From assembly GCA_046483065.1 (NCBI GenBank), contig JAWODW010000037.1, positions 1,779-65,778 of the forward strand: a stretch of 64,000 nucleotides of DNA, read 5' to 3'. Made by a program: the position numbers and the translations under genes. The DNA is from Longimicrobiales bacterium (GTDB lineage Bacteria > Gemmatimonadota > Gemmatimonadetes > Longimicrobiales > RSA9). Shown one piece after another: positions 47,526-56,096 of this stretch (its first letter is position 1; every line of letters begins with the position of its first letter). Below the pieces are notes generated by a model. It saw only the letters and a program-made list of their open reading frames with translations, searched no databases and was not told the DNA's origin.

Positions 47526-49133
47526 TCACTGCCCCCGAACGGGTGCCGCGGGCCGGCGCAGGATCGGGTACCGGGAGCCGGCTTCCAGCGCGTCGTCCAC
47601 CAGGTTCCAGTTCACCACGCCGTCATCGGACCGGGGCTCCAGGAGCGCGAAGATGAGGCGGGCCAGCGGCTGGTTCAGCGGCACGAGCACGGTGCCCCCG
47701 ACCAGCGTCACCTCCGCCGAGCCCCACGTGCCGAACACCTCCCGCTGCCGGTGGCCCTGGTACTCCCGGGGCGCCACGCGCATGGAGTCCACGGTGAACT
47801 GCTCCAGAACGTGCGTCTGCTCCTCCGGCAGCGCCGTGGTGCGCACACCGTGAAGCTCCAGCAGGTCGAGGACCGACGTCAGCTCCGCCGGCACGTAGTA
47901 CGCCTCCGGGACCACCCCGGTCACCGTGGGCTCGAACGTGCCGTACTCCCACATCTCCTCCGGCGTCGCCACGTCGAGCCGCGCCCGGTAGCGCCGGCCG
48001 GAGTACGGGCTCAGCCGCTCCTCCACGGCACCCATGAGGATCTCCACCCGGTCCCCGCGCTTGTGCTGTGCACGAAGCGGCAGGCGCCGACCCCGCAGCT
48101 CCTCGGCATCCGCCGTGGCCACCCGGCGGTCGAGCTCCGACGCGTGGGCGTGGGCGAACGACAGGATCTCCTCCACGAACGCCAGCGTGCTCCGGATCCG
48201 GTCCCGGAACGGCACGTACGAGTACGCCTCGCTCAGGATCCCGAACCGGTTCCGCAGGCCCACGTAGTTGGTGTTGTACCGCGGCTGGTGACTGTAGGTG
48301 TACCAGCCACGATCCCCGCCTCCCGGTGCGTAGGCACCACCGTAATAGTACATGCGCCAGCCCCGCTCCCCCACCTGATGGGTGACCTCGGGCAGCCACT
48401 CCCCCCGGAGCAGCTCCACCAGGCCCGACGCCGTGCCCGGGTGCAGCGGCGGCGCGTAGGTGAGATGGTAGCCGTGGTACGTCCCGTTCGTGGTATGCAG
48501 GTCCACCACCACATGCGGGTCGTACGCCTTCAGGAGCTGGACCAGCGACCGCGCCTCCGGCGACTCCAGCTTCGTGTGGTCCCGGTTCAGGTCGAGGTCC
48601 TGGGCGTTGGCCCGTTGCCCTACACCGCCGAATGGGCCGTTCTGACGGTACCGGTTCTGCACCGATACCCGCTCGTTCCCGTCGGCGTTGTAGATCGGCG
48701 CCACCAGGATGACCAGCGAGTCCAGCCACCCGGCGTGATCCCCGGCCGCGAACCGCCGCAGCAGGACCTGGAGCGCCTCCTTCCCCTCCACCTCGCCGGC
48801 GTGGATGTTCCCCTGGACGTAGACACGCGTGCGACCCGACGACAGCACCGACTCCGGGCTGCCATCCGCCAGGTCCGAACCCACCACCACCAGCGGGAGA
48901 GGACGGCCTTCGTAGCTGTAGCCGAACGTCACCCGATGAAGGACTGGCGCGTCCACCGCGTCAAGGAAGTCGAGCACATCCTCGTACCGGCTCGTCTCCA
49001 GCCAGTCCGTACGCTCCGGACGCGTCTGCAACTGCTGCGCCATCGCCGGCGCGGCCACCAGGCACCCACCCATCGAAAGAGCCGCGATCCCGCGGCCCAT
49101 ACTGCGCATTGCTCTTGTCATGTCAGTAATCAT
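47526..49133 (-). CDS. M14 family zinc carboxypeptidase (secreted)
   Basis: QGNIHAGEVEGKEA (HxxE), DLNRDH, VVDLHTTNG. The start is uncertain among four clustered ATGs at 49100..49133. Confidence 0.85.
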   Translation of the reverse strand: MITDMTRAMRSMGRGIAALSMGGCLVAAPAMAQQLQTRPERTDWLETSRYEDVLDFLDAVDAPVLHRVTFGYSYEGRPLPLVVVGSDLADGSPESVLSSGRTRVYVQGNIHAGEVEGKEALQVLLRRFAAGDHAGWLDSLVILVAPIYNADGNERVSVQNRYRQNGPFGGVGQRANAQDLDLNRDHTKLESPEARSLVQLLKAYDPHVVVDLHTTNGTYHGYHLTYAPPLHPGTASGLVELLRGEWLPEVTHQVGERGWRMYYYGGAYAPGGGDRGWYTYSHQPRYNTNYVGLRNRFGILSEAYSYVPFRDRIRSTLAFVEEILSFAHAHASELDRRVATADAEELRGRRLPLRAQHKRGDRVEILMGAVEERLSPYSGRRYRARLDVATPEEMWEYGTFEPTVTGVVPEAYYVPAELTSVLDLLELHGVRTTALPEEQTHVLEQFTVDSMRVAPREYQGHRQREVFGTWGSAEVTLVGGTVLVPLNQPLARLIFALLEPRSDDGVVNWNLVDDALEAGSRYPILRRPAAPVRGQ

Positions 49134-49217
49134 GCGTGCACCCGTGCGAATCCCGCAAATCAGGGCCGGGCACCGCCCTGATCCGGAAACCACCCGCCGA
49201 CAACCACCAGCCAGACC

Positions 49218-49469
49218 TCATCGCCCGCTCGCCGCTTCCCGTCCGTTCAGCCGCGTCCGCAGCCCGTCCGCCAGATTCGCCAGACGGTTCGCCCGCCGGG
49301 CCGCCACCGATGCCAGCCGCTCGAGGTTCTCCGGGCTCGGCCGCCGGCGGCCCGTAGCCCACGAGTACAGCGCCGAGTACGACACCCCCGCCTCCTCCGC
49401 CACGTCCTCGAGGCGACCCGCTGTCGTATCCAACAACTCGTCGATCAGAACTGAGATCCCTGACTCCAT
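49218..49469 (-). CDS. Small helix-turn-helix (XRE-like) DNA-binding protein
   Basis: Start MESGISVLIDELL at ATG 49469. HTH LEDVAEEAGVSYSALYSWATGRRRPS. Confidence 0.65.
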   Translation of the reverse strand: MESGISVLIDELLDTTAGRLEDVAEEAGVSYSALYSWATGRRRPSPENLERLASVAARRANRLANLADGLRTRLNGREAASGR

Positions 49470-49872
49470 GTATATGCCCACTCCCGTTTTGACAATCCGC
49501 CGACCTGCGCGGACGGTCGGACGCCCGCCCTGAAACGTCCACCGGCCGCTGCATGGCAAAGCTGCAACTTCTCTGCGTTATAGAGGAGCCAGAACGTAAT
49601 GAAGTTGTATGATACTGACCAGACGACAGCGGCAGCGATGATGTGCGGTGCGATCCGCCCGTCGCCCACCGGACCCTGCCCCGCTCCGGTGGGCGGGGCA
49701 GGGAGAATCCCCACAGAAACGGCAACGTCGATTCCTGTGGGGCGATGCACTACAGGAAGGTTTCAGCCACTGCCTGACAGACAGGGACGGATTGGCATCC
49801 CATACTCATTCGGGGTAACCTGTCCGTACGAGTTTTTTGACAGCTCGAAACATCCTTCTGTGGAGGTCACAT

Positions 49873-51207
49873 ATGGCGGATACACTGAAGATCATTGACA
49901 ATCGCACCGGCAAGGAATACGAGAACGAGGTCATCCACGGCACGTATCCCGAATACGGCTCGGCGACCCCGGCCCCTCCGCTGCGGCAGATCAAGACGTC
50001 GGACGAGGATTTCGGGCTGCTCACCTACGACCCGGGCTTCAAGAACACGGCGTCGTGCAAGAGCGACATCACGTTCATTGACGGCGAGAAGGGCATTCTC
50101 CGGTACCGTGGCATCCCGATCGAGGAGATGGCGGAGAACAGCAACTTCCTCGAGTCGGCGTACCTGACGCTGTTCGGCGAGCTGCCGACGCAGGAGCAGT
50201 ACGACGACTGGGAGCACCACATCACGCACCACACGTTCATCCACGAGAACATCAAGAAGCTGATGGATGCGTTCGCGTACGACGCGCATCCGATGGGGAT
50301 GTTCGTGAGCACGGTGGCGGCGCTGAGCACATTCTACCCGGAGTCCCGGAACATCGAGGACCCGGAGACGCGGCAGAAGCAGATCGTGCGGCTGATCGCG
50401 AAGGTGCCGACCATCGCGGCGTTCGCGTACCGGCACAGCGTGGGGCAGCCGTACGTCTATCCGGACAACGAGCTCAGCTTCACGGGTAACTTCCTGAGCA
50501 TGATGTACCGGATGTCGGAGGCGAAGTACGAGCCGAACCCGATCCTGGAGAAGGTCCTGGACACGCTGTTCATGCTCCACATCGACCATGAGCAGAACTG
50601 CAGCACCACCACCATGCGGACGGTGGGCAGCGCTCATGCGGATCCGTACGTGTCACTCTCGGCCGCGGCCGCGGCGCTGTACGGCCCGCTCCACGGCGGC
50701 GCCAACGAGCGGGTGCTGCGGATGCTGAACGAGATCGGGAGCAAGGACCGTGTGGGCGAGTTCGTGCAGCGGGCGAAGGACGGCGAGTTCCGCCTCATGG
50801 GCTTCGGCCACCGCGTCTACAAGAGCTACGACCCGCGGGCCAAGATCCTCCGGGAGATGGCGCCGCAGGTGTTCGAGGTGACAGGCAAGGACCCGCTCCT
50901 GGAGCTGGCGGTGGAGCTGGAGAAGATCGCTCTCGAGGACGAGTACTTCGTGGACCGCGGCCTGTACCCGAACGTGGACTTCTACTCCGGGATCCTGTAC
51001 AAGGCGCTCGGGTTCCCCACGGACATGTTCCCGGTGCTGTTCGCCATCGGCCGGACCGTGGGCTGGCTGGCCCAGTGGTCCGAGCTGCTGCAGGACGACG
51101 AGCAGGCCATCGCCCGGCCGCGCCAGGTCTACACCGGCTACGACCAGCGGGAGTACGTCCCCATGGAGAAGCGGGACGCGCAGACCGAGACGCTCGTCGG
51201 CGCGTAG
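49873..51207 (+). CDS. gltA: Citrate synthase (type II, hexameric type)
   Basis: MADTLKIIDNRTGKEYE..., GILRYRGIPIEE, HIDHEQNCSTTT, GPLHGGANE, MGFGHRVYK, DFYSG. GGAGG upstream of ATG 49873. Confidence 0.95.
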   Translation: MADTLKIIDNRTGKEYENEVIHGTYPEYGSATPAPPLRQIKTSDEDFGLLTYDPGFKNTASCKSDITFIDGEKGILRYRGIPIEEMAENSNFLESAYLTLFGELPTQEQYDDWEHHITHHTFIHENIKKLMDAFAYDAHPMGMFVSTVAALSTFYPESRNIEDPETRQKQIVRLIAKVPTIAAFAYRHSVGQPYVYPDNELSFTGNFLSMMYRMSEAKYEPNPILEKVLDTLFMLHIDHEQNCSTTTMRTVGSAHADPYVSLSAAAAALYGPLHGGANERVLRMLNEIGSKDRVGEFVQRAKDGEFRLMGFGHRVYKSYDPRAKILREMAPQVFEVTGKDPLLELAVELEKIALEDEYFVDRGLYPNVDFYSGILYKALGFPTDMFPVLFAIGRTVGWLAQWSELLQDDEQAIARPRQVYTGYDQREYVPMEKRDAQTETLVGA

Positions 51208-51257
51208 CATAGCCGGCAGGTAGCGGCCCGACGGTCCTGCGGGACCGACGGACGCGG

Positions 51258-51285
51258 AGGGCGCGGGGCTCCGGCCTCGCGCCCT
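51258..51285 (+). terminator. Hairpin downstream of gltA
   Basis: 11-bp stem AGGGCGCGGGG/CCTCGCGCCCT (one G-U pair) with a 6-nt loop, 50 nt after the gltA stop. No U-tract. Confidence 0.4.
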
Positions 51286-51299
51286 TCTGCATCGGGGGT

Positions 51300-51600
51300 G
51301 GTCGGGTGACACCCGGGAATCGGGGCGCCCGATACGGGTAGGCGATTCTGGCCACGGCATGCGCCACGTACTCCACGTACTCGTGATCCCGCAGGTACGG
51401 GACGGAGGAGTAGTCGAACCGGCCGATGCCGCCGAGCTCCTCAAAGGGAGGCCGATGCTGACGCTCTCGTCGTGGCGCGCGCAGACGGACACCGTGTGGC
51501 GCGCCGGGTCCGGCGCGGTCAGCGCCACCACCACCACGCATCCGGGTCGCAGGTACAGCCGCCAAAGCCCGTCCATGGGGATCTCGGCCCGGACCGCCAT
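51300..51600 (-). pseudogene. Frameshifted/decayed ORF of unknown family
   Basis: High-GC3 coding signal runs in one minus frame from ~51690 to ~51446 (..MAVRAEIPMDGLWRLYLRPGCVVVVALTAPDPARHTVSVCARHDESVSIGLP). It then continues in the -1-shifted frame (FEELGGIGRFDYSSVPYLRDHEYVEYVAHAVARIAYPY). There is no in-frame stop before the end of gltA. Confidence 0.4.
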
Positions 51601-51800
51601 CACGTGGAAGACACGATGGATCTCACTGTCGTACGCGGCCCTCGGCCACCGGTCGGAGGTGTCAGCCAGCTGGCTGGCCGACGAACGCCTACTTCATCTG
51701 CAATCCGGCGGCGCGGCTCATCCCGGCTGTGGGCGTGGCTGGCCTACCGGATCTTCCCTGGCACCGACTCGGCCCCGGCCCCGGCCACACGCCGAGCCGG

Positions 51801-53462
51801 TCAGACCGTGCGCAGGTACTCGTGCACCGCCCCTACCGTCGCCGATCCCTCGCCTACGGCGGCGGCGACGCGCTTGCCGGAGCCGTGGCGGGCGTCGCCG
51901 GCGGCGAAGATGCCGGGGACGCTGGTCTCGTAGAGGAGCGGGTCGCGGTCGGCGGTCCAGCCTGCGGGGCGACCGCCGTCACGCATGACGTCGCGGCCGG
52001 TGAGGATGAAGCCCTTGGGGTCGAGGGCCACGAGGTCGGCCACCATGGCGGTGCGGGGGGCGCTGCCGATGAAGACGAACACGGCGGCGGCGGGGCGGGT
52101 GGCGGCCTCGCCGGTGGCGGTGTCCCGGAGCTGGAGGGCCTCGAGGCGCTCGTCGCCCTCTACGCCCTCCACCACGGTGTTGGGCAGGACGATGATGTTG
52201 GCCGTCTCGCTGATCCGGTCGACCAGGTACTGTGACATGGACTTCCTCAGGTCGGGGCCCCGGATGAGGATGGTCACGGTACGGGCGAGGCGGGAGAAAT
52301 GGACGGCGCCCTGCCCCGCCGAGTTGGCACCGCCCACCACGAAAACGTCGCGGTTTCGGTAGAGGGCGGCCTCGCTGAGGGCGGAGCCGTAGTAGACGCC
52401 GGCGCCGACCTTCTCCTCGAGGTTGGGCACGTCCAGGCGCCGGACCTCCATCCCGCTGGCGATGACCACGGCGTAGCAGCTGAGCTCGGAGCCGTCGGCC
52501 AGCTCCACCACGCGGTACGGGTCGCCGCGGCGGACGCGGACGGCCTCCTGGGCGGTGAGCATCTCGACGCCGAAGCGCCGGGCCTGTGCGGCGGCGCGGC
52601 GGGCGAGCTCGGCACCGGTGACGCCGTCGGGGAAGCCGAGGTAGTTCTCGATGAAGGAGCTGGTGCCGGCCTGGCCGCCGGGCGCGGCGCGCTCGACCAG
52701 GAGCGTGGTCAGCCCCTCCGAGGCGCCGTACACGGCCGCGGCCAGCCCGGCGGGCCCGCCGCCCACGATGACCAGGTCGTAGAAGCGCTGCTTCGGGCGG
52801 GTGTCGAGGTTCGACTGCTCGGCCAGCTCCCGGGCGTCGGGCTGGATCAGCGTGGTCCCGTCGGGATAGAAGACCACAGGCAGGCGGGCCAGCTCCGGAT
52901 CGACGGCCTCGACGGCGGCGCGCATGGGGGCGTCGGTGTCGATGTCGCACCACTGGTACGGGATCTGGTTGGCGGACAGGAACCGCTTCGCGGCGTAGCT
53001 GGTCGGTGAGAACGCGGTGCCGCAGACGCGGATCCCTTCGAAGAGCGGACCGGCGGCGGCGCTCCACTCCTCGAGGAGCGCGTCCAGGTGCGGGTAGAGC
53101 CGCTCCTCGGGCGGCTCCCACGGCTTGTCGAGGTAGCGGTCCAGCCGGATCTGGTTGATCCCGGCCACGGCGCTGCTCGTGTCCGCGTACGCGGTCAGCA
53201 GCACGCGCCGGGCGTCGGGGTACATCTCCAGCGCGCGCACGAGGAACTCGGTCCCGCGCATCTCCGGCATGCGCTCATCGACGACGAAGAGGGCCACGGG
53301 CACACCGGTCTTCTTCAGCTCCCGGGTGACCTCCAGCGCCTGCGCGCCGGAGTCGGCCTTCACCACCCGGTAGTCCTTCCCGTAGCGGGACCGGAGGTCA
53401 CGGCCGACGGCGCTCAGGACCTCGGCGTCGTCATCCACGGCCAGGAGGACGGGGCGGGTCAC
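51801..53462 (-). CDS. Fused response regulator receiver / thioredoxin-disulfide-reductase-like FAD oxidoreductase
   Basis: Receiver LLAVDDDAE...LFVVDERMPEMRG...LTAYAD...YLDKPW. FAD site VIVGGGPAGLAAAVY, NAD site VVGGANSAGQGA, GIFAAGD. No CxxC redox motif was noticed. Confidence 0.85.
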   Translation of the reverse strand: MTRPVLLAVDDDAEVLSAVGRDLRSRYGKDYRVVKADSGAQALEVTRELKKTGVPVALFVVDERMPEMRGTEFLVRALEMYPDARRVLLTAYADTSSAVAGINQIRLDRYLDKPWEPPEERLYPHLDALLEEWSAAAGPLFEGIRVCGTAFSPTSYAAKRFLSANQIPYQWCDIDTDAPMRAAVEAVDPELARLPVVFYPDGTTLIQPDARELAEQSNLDTRPKQRFYDLVIVGGGPAGLAAAVYGASEGLTTLLVERAAPGGQAGTSSFIENYLGFPDGVTGAELARRAAAQARRFGVEMLTAQEAVRVRRGDPYRVVELADGSELSCYAVVIASGMEVRRLDVPNLEEKVGAGVYYGSALSEAALYRNRDVFVVGGANSAGQGAVHFSRLARTVTILIRGPDLRKSMSQYLVDRISETANIIVLPNTVVEGVEGDERLEALQLRDTATGEAATRPAAAVFVFIGSAPRTAMVADLVALDPKGFILTGRDVMRDGGRPAGWTADRDPLLYETSVPGIFAAGDARHGSGKRVAAAVGEGSATVGAVHEYLRTV

Positions 53463-54913
53463 GGCGCGTCGGGGGGCTCGCCGGTGACGGGGCCCGCGGC
53501 GGCGGCCAGCGGGAGCGTCACGCGGAACTCGGTCCGCCCCGGTCGGGACTCGAAGCCGATGTCGCCCCGGTGGCGGCGGACGTGTGCCCGGGCGATGTCG
53601 AGGCCCAGCCCCGTGCCCTCGCCCGGGTCCTTGGTGGTGAAGAACGGGTCGAAGACCCGGCCCTGGTCGCCCGCATCGATGCCGGGCCCGTCATCGATGA
53701 CCCGGACCACCAGCGACGAGCCCTCGGGCTTGACGGTGACCGCCACACTGCCGCCCAGGTCCACGGCGTCCAGGGCGTTGTCCAGCAGGTTCATCCAGAC
53801 CTGCTCCAGGTCGCCGCCGATGGCGTGCACGCGGGGGAGCCCCGGGGCGACGTCGATGGTCACGCTCGCCGACTTGTCCCGGGCCTTGTGGCCCAGGATC
53901 AGGAGCGTGTCCCTGAGCCCGCCCTCCACGTCCACCGGGCCGGCGACCCGGGCCTGGTCCATGTGGGTGAGCCGCTTCATGGCGCCCACCAGTGAGGAGA
54001 TCTTCGACGCGGCCCGCTCGTTCTCCGCGGCCAGCAGGCGCACCGCGCAGCCGGCGGCCACCCAGTCCAGCGCGGCGTCGAGGGCCGGGCCGTCCAGGTG
54101 CCCGGCCAGCTCGTCGAGGACCTCCGCGGTGACCGCCGTCTCCGCCAGCGCCTCGACGGCCGAGCCGTCGACGCCGTGGGCCTCGAGCCACCCGGCGATC
54201 CGGTCCTCCCGGTCGGCCCGCTCCAGCGGGGACAGCGACACCGTGGGCGGCGGGGCCATGCACGCGGTCCGCACCCGGTCGACGGCCTCGAGCTGCTCCG
54301 GCGTGAGCCCCACGCCGGCCAGCGCCCGGGCCGCCCGGTCGGCGTCGTTCATGGATGCGTCGAGCCGCTGCGCGCTCCGGGCCACCGCCGACGCGGGGTT
54401 GTTGAGCTCGTGGGCGAGGCCGGCCGAGAGCTTCCCGAGGGAGACCATCTTCTCGTCCTGGAGGTCGCTGGTCCGGAACGCCCTCGCCCGATCGAGCATC
54501 ATGTGCACGCACGCCGCCGTAATGCCCGGGCACTCCCGGATCAGCTCCGGGAAATGGTCGGCGGCCAGGGAGAGGGTCTCCGCGGCCGTCTCCGCACGGG
54601 TGCTGCCCCGGGCGACCCCCATCCGGGAGAACGGGAGCAGGCCGGTCACGTCCCCCGCCTGCCATTCCACCACCTTGTGGGTGCCGGAGCCCCGGTCCAC
54701 GTAGTTGGCGATCCGCCCGCTCAACACCACTTCCAACCCGATGCCCTCCGCGGCCCAGTGCTGGCCCTCGCGCAGGAGGTGGTCCCCGGCCTCGAACCGG
54801 CGGAGCGCACCCCGGCCCGCGAGCCACGAGAGCTCGGGCTCAGGCACCTGCGCCAGCGTGCGGTGCCGACGGAGTCGCTCGATCACGTCGAGAGGGGCTT
54901 GCTCGGCGTCCAT
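53459..54913 (-). CDS. Cytoplasmic histidine kinase with N-terminal CAP-type cNMP-binding-like domain
   Basis: No TM helices. N-terminal beta-barrel-like FEAGDHLLREGQ...LSGRI. H-box LSAGLAHELNNPASAV, NLLDNALDA, DDGPGI, GTGLGLDIA. 4-nt overlap with the RR-oxidoreductase gene. Confidence 0.85.
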   Translation of the reverse strand: MDAEQAPLDVIERLRRHRTLAQVPEPELSWLAGRGALRRFEAGDHLLREGQHWAAEGIGLEVVLSGRIANYVDRGSGTHKVVEWQAGDVTGLLPFSRMGVARGSTRAETAAETLSLAADHFPELIRECPGITAACVHMMLDRARAFRTSDLQDEKMVSLGKLSAGLAHELNNPASAVARSAQRLDASMNDADRAARALAGVGLTPEQLEAVDRVRTACMAPPPTVSLSPLERADREDRIAGWLEAHGVDGSAVEALAETAVTAEVLDELAGHLDGPALDAALDWVAAGCAVRLLAAENERAASKISSLVGAMKRLTHMDQARVAGPVDVEGGLRDTLLILGHKARDKSASVTIDVAPGLPRVHAIGGDLEQVWMNLLDNALDAVDLGGSVAVTVKPEGSSLVVRVIDDGPGIDAGDQGRVFDPFFTTKDPGEGTGLGLDIARAHVRRHRGDIGFESRPGRTEFRVTLPLAAAAGPVTGEPPDAP

Positions 54914-55009
54914 GGAGTTGAGTTCGGGGGGGACAGCTTGTCAGGAAGTGAGCAATAACATACGCGGTCCCGGTGGCGAGGGACAGTGCGGCATGGCGGC
55001 GCGCCCATA

Positions 55010-55047
55010 TTGTCGGACGTGTATACTCGTACTAGTATACTTGTATA
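55010..55047 (+). promoter_or_regulatory. vapBC promoter with overlapping palindromic operator; transcript probably leaderless or near-leaderless
   Basis: TTGTCG (55010..55015), 17 nt, then TAGTAT (55033..55038). The ATG is at 55048 with no SD. 20-bp palindrome GTATACTCGTACTAGTATAC (55021..55040, 9/10 arm matches). Confidence 0.55.
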
Positions 55048-55350
55048 ATGTCCGAAAGACCGAAGCGCGTGCGCGAACAGGCCGTCGTGTACATGAGCGC
55101 GGCCGACCGGGAACTGCTGGAGCGGCTGGCCGAGGAGACCGGGCTCGCCCGCACCGAGCTGTTCCGCAGAGGACTGCGCCGATTGGCGGAGGAGCTGCTC
55201 GACGAGCGTGCGCCCGGCTCGTCGTTGGACTACCTGACGGGGATCGCGGACGAGACGGACGCCCCCGCGGACCTGTCGGAGCGGCACGACGACTACCTGT
55301 ACGGGGGCGGCTACGCGGACGGGGACCGCGCGGCGAACGGAGACGACTGA
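55048..55350 (+). CDS. vapB: Ribbon-helix-helix (CopG/VapB-type) antitoxin
   Basis: QAVVYMSAADRELLERLAEETGLARTELFRRGLRRLA = beta-strand + two helices of an RHH fold, with an acidic disordered tail. Directly upstream of the PIN gene. Confidence 0.8.
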   Translation: MSERPKRVREQAVVYMSAADRELLERLAEETGLARTELFRRGLRRLAEELLDERAPGSSLDYLTGIADETDAPADLSERHDDYLYGGGYADGDRAANGDD

Positions 55351-55351
55351 G

Positions 55352-55759
55352 GTGCGCGCCCTGGTCGACACGAGCGCGCTCCTGGCGCTGAGCCACGCAC
55401 GGGACCAGCACCACGCCCGGGCCGTCGAGATGGCGGCGCGCCACCGGGCGGCGGGCGGCACGTACGTCGGCACCACGCTGGTCCTCTCGGAGTTCTACTC
55501 GCACCTCCTGTACCTGAGGGACGCGGCGGTGGCGCGCACGGCGCTGCGGCACCTGCTGGACGACCCGATCCAGTCGTGGGTGGAGGTCGGTCCGGAGCTG
55601 GTCGGTGAGGCGTCGAGCCGCTGGCTGGCGCGCTACGACGACCAGGCCTTCTCGCTCGTAGACGCCGTCAGCTTCGAGGTCATGCGCACCGAGAATGTGG
55701 CCGCCGCGTTCGCGTTCGACCACCACTTCGAGGTTGCGGGCTTCGAGCTGCTGCGGTGA
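55352..55759 (+). CDS. vapC: PIN-domain ribonuclease toxin
   Basis: GTG start 1 nt after the vapB stop. LVDTSALLAL (Asp 1), SEFY (Glu), SLVDAVSFEVM (Asp), FAFDHHF (Asp). Confidence 0.85.
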   Translation: MRALVDTSALLALSHARDQHHARAVEMAARHRAAGGTYVGTTLVLSEFYSHLLYLRDAAVARTALRHLLDDPIQSWVEVGPELVGEASSRWLARYDDQAFSLVDAVSFEVMRTENVAAAFAFDHHFEVAGFELLR

Positions 55760-55787
55760 GGGGCATCGAGGGGGAGAGGCCCGGCTA

Positions 55788-56008
55788 GGCGCGGAGGCGC
55801 GGAGTACTCGCGGAGAACCGATCGGGAGTTGATCCGGTGAAGCTGGATCCGCCGCAGAGGGTGCACCTTCGCGGCGTGCCAGGTTTCCGAGAATCGAGTC
55901 CTGTCCAGCCCGGAGCTCATCGTCTTCCGCCGCGAACCCCGGCCTCGCCCGGATCAACGCTACTGCAGTTCTCCGCGTTCGCTCCGCGACTCCGCGGCTC
56001 CGCGGTTC
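55788..56008. repeat. Palindromic CGCGGAG heptad element, copy A (upstream flank of the serine-hydrolase gene)
   Basis: Left arm GGCGCGGAGGCGCGGAGTACTCGCGGAGAACC, right arm GTTCTCCGCGTTCGCTCCGCGACTCCGCGGC. Shares blocks CGCGGAGAAC, GATCCGGTG, CGTCTTCCGCCGCGAA, CCTCGCCCGGATCAA and TCCGCGGCTCC with copy B. Confidence 0.85.
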
Positions 56009-56096
56009 CCGACACCTCAGCCTTGCCGAAGCGCCGTCCATGCCGTACCGGTGAACGTGCGACCCGTGAGCCCGCCCACACACCAGGAGACCCCCC

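Noticed and set aside
49599-49898. A 99-aa ORF upstream of and overlapping the gltA start was considered as a real small protein or RiPP-like precursor.
   Set aside because: It has low GC3 relative to genuine genes here. It reads through two strong hairpins and into the gltA start, and no family motif or modification enzymes are nearby. It is kept only as a note in the gltA-leader finding.
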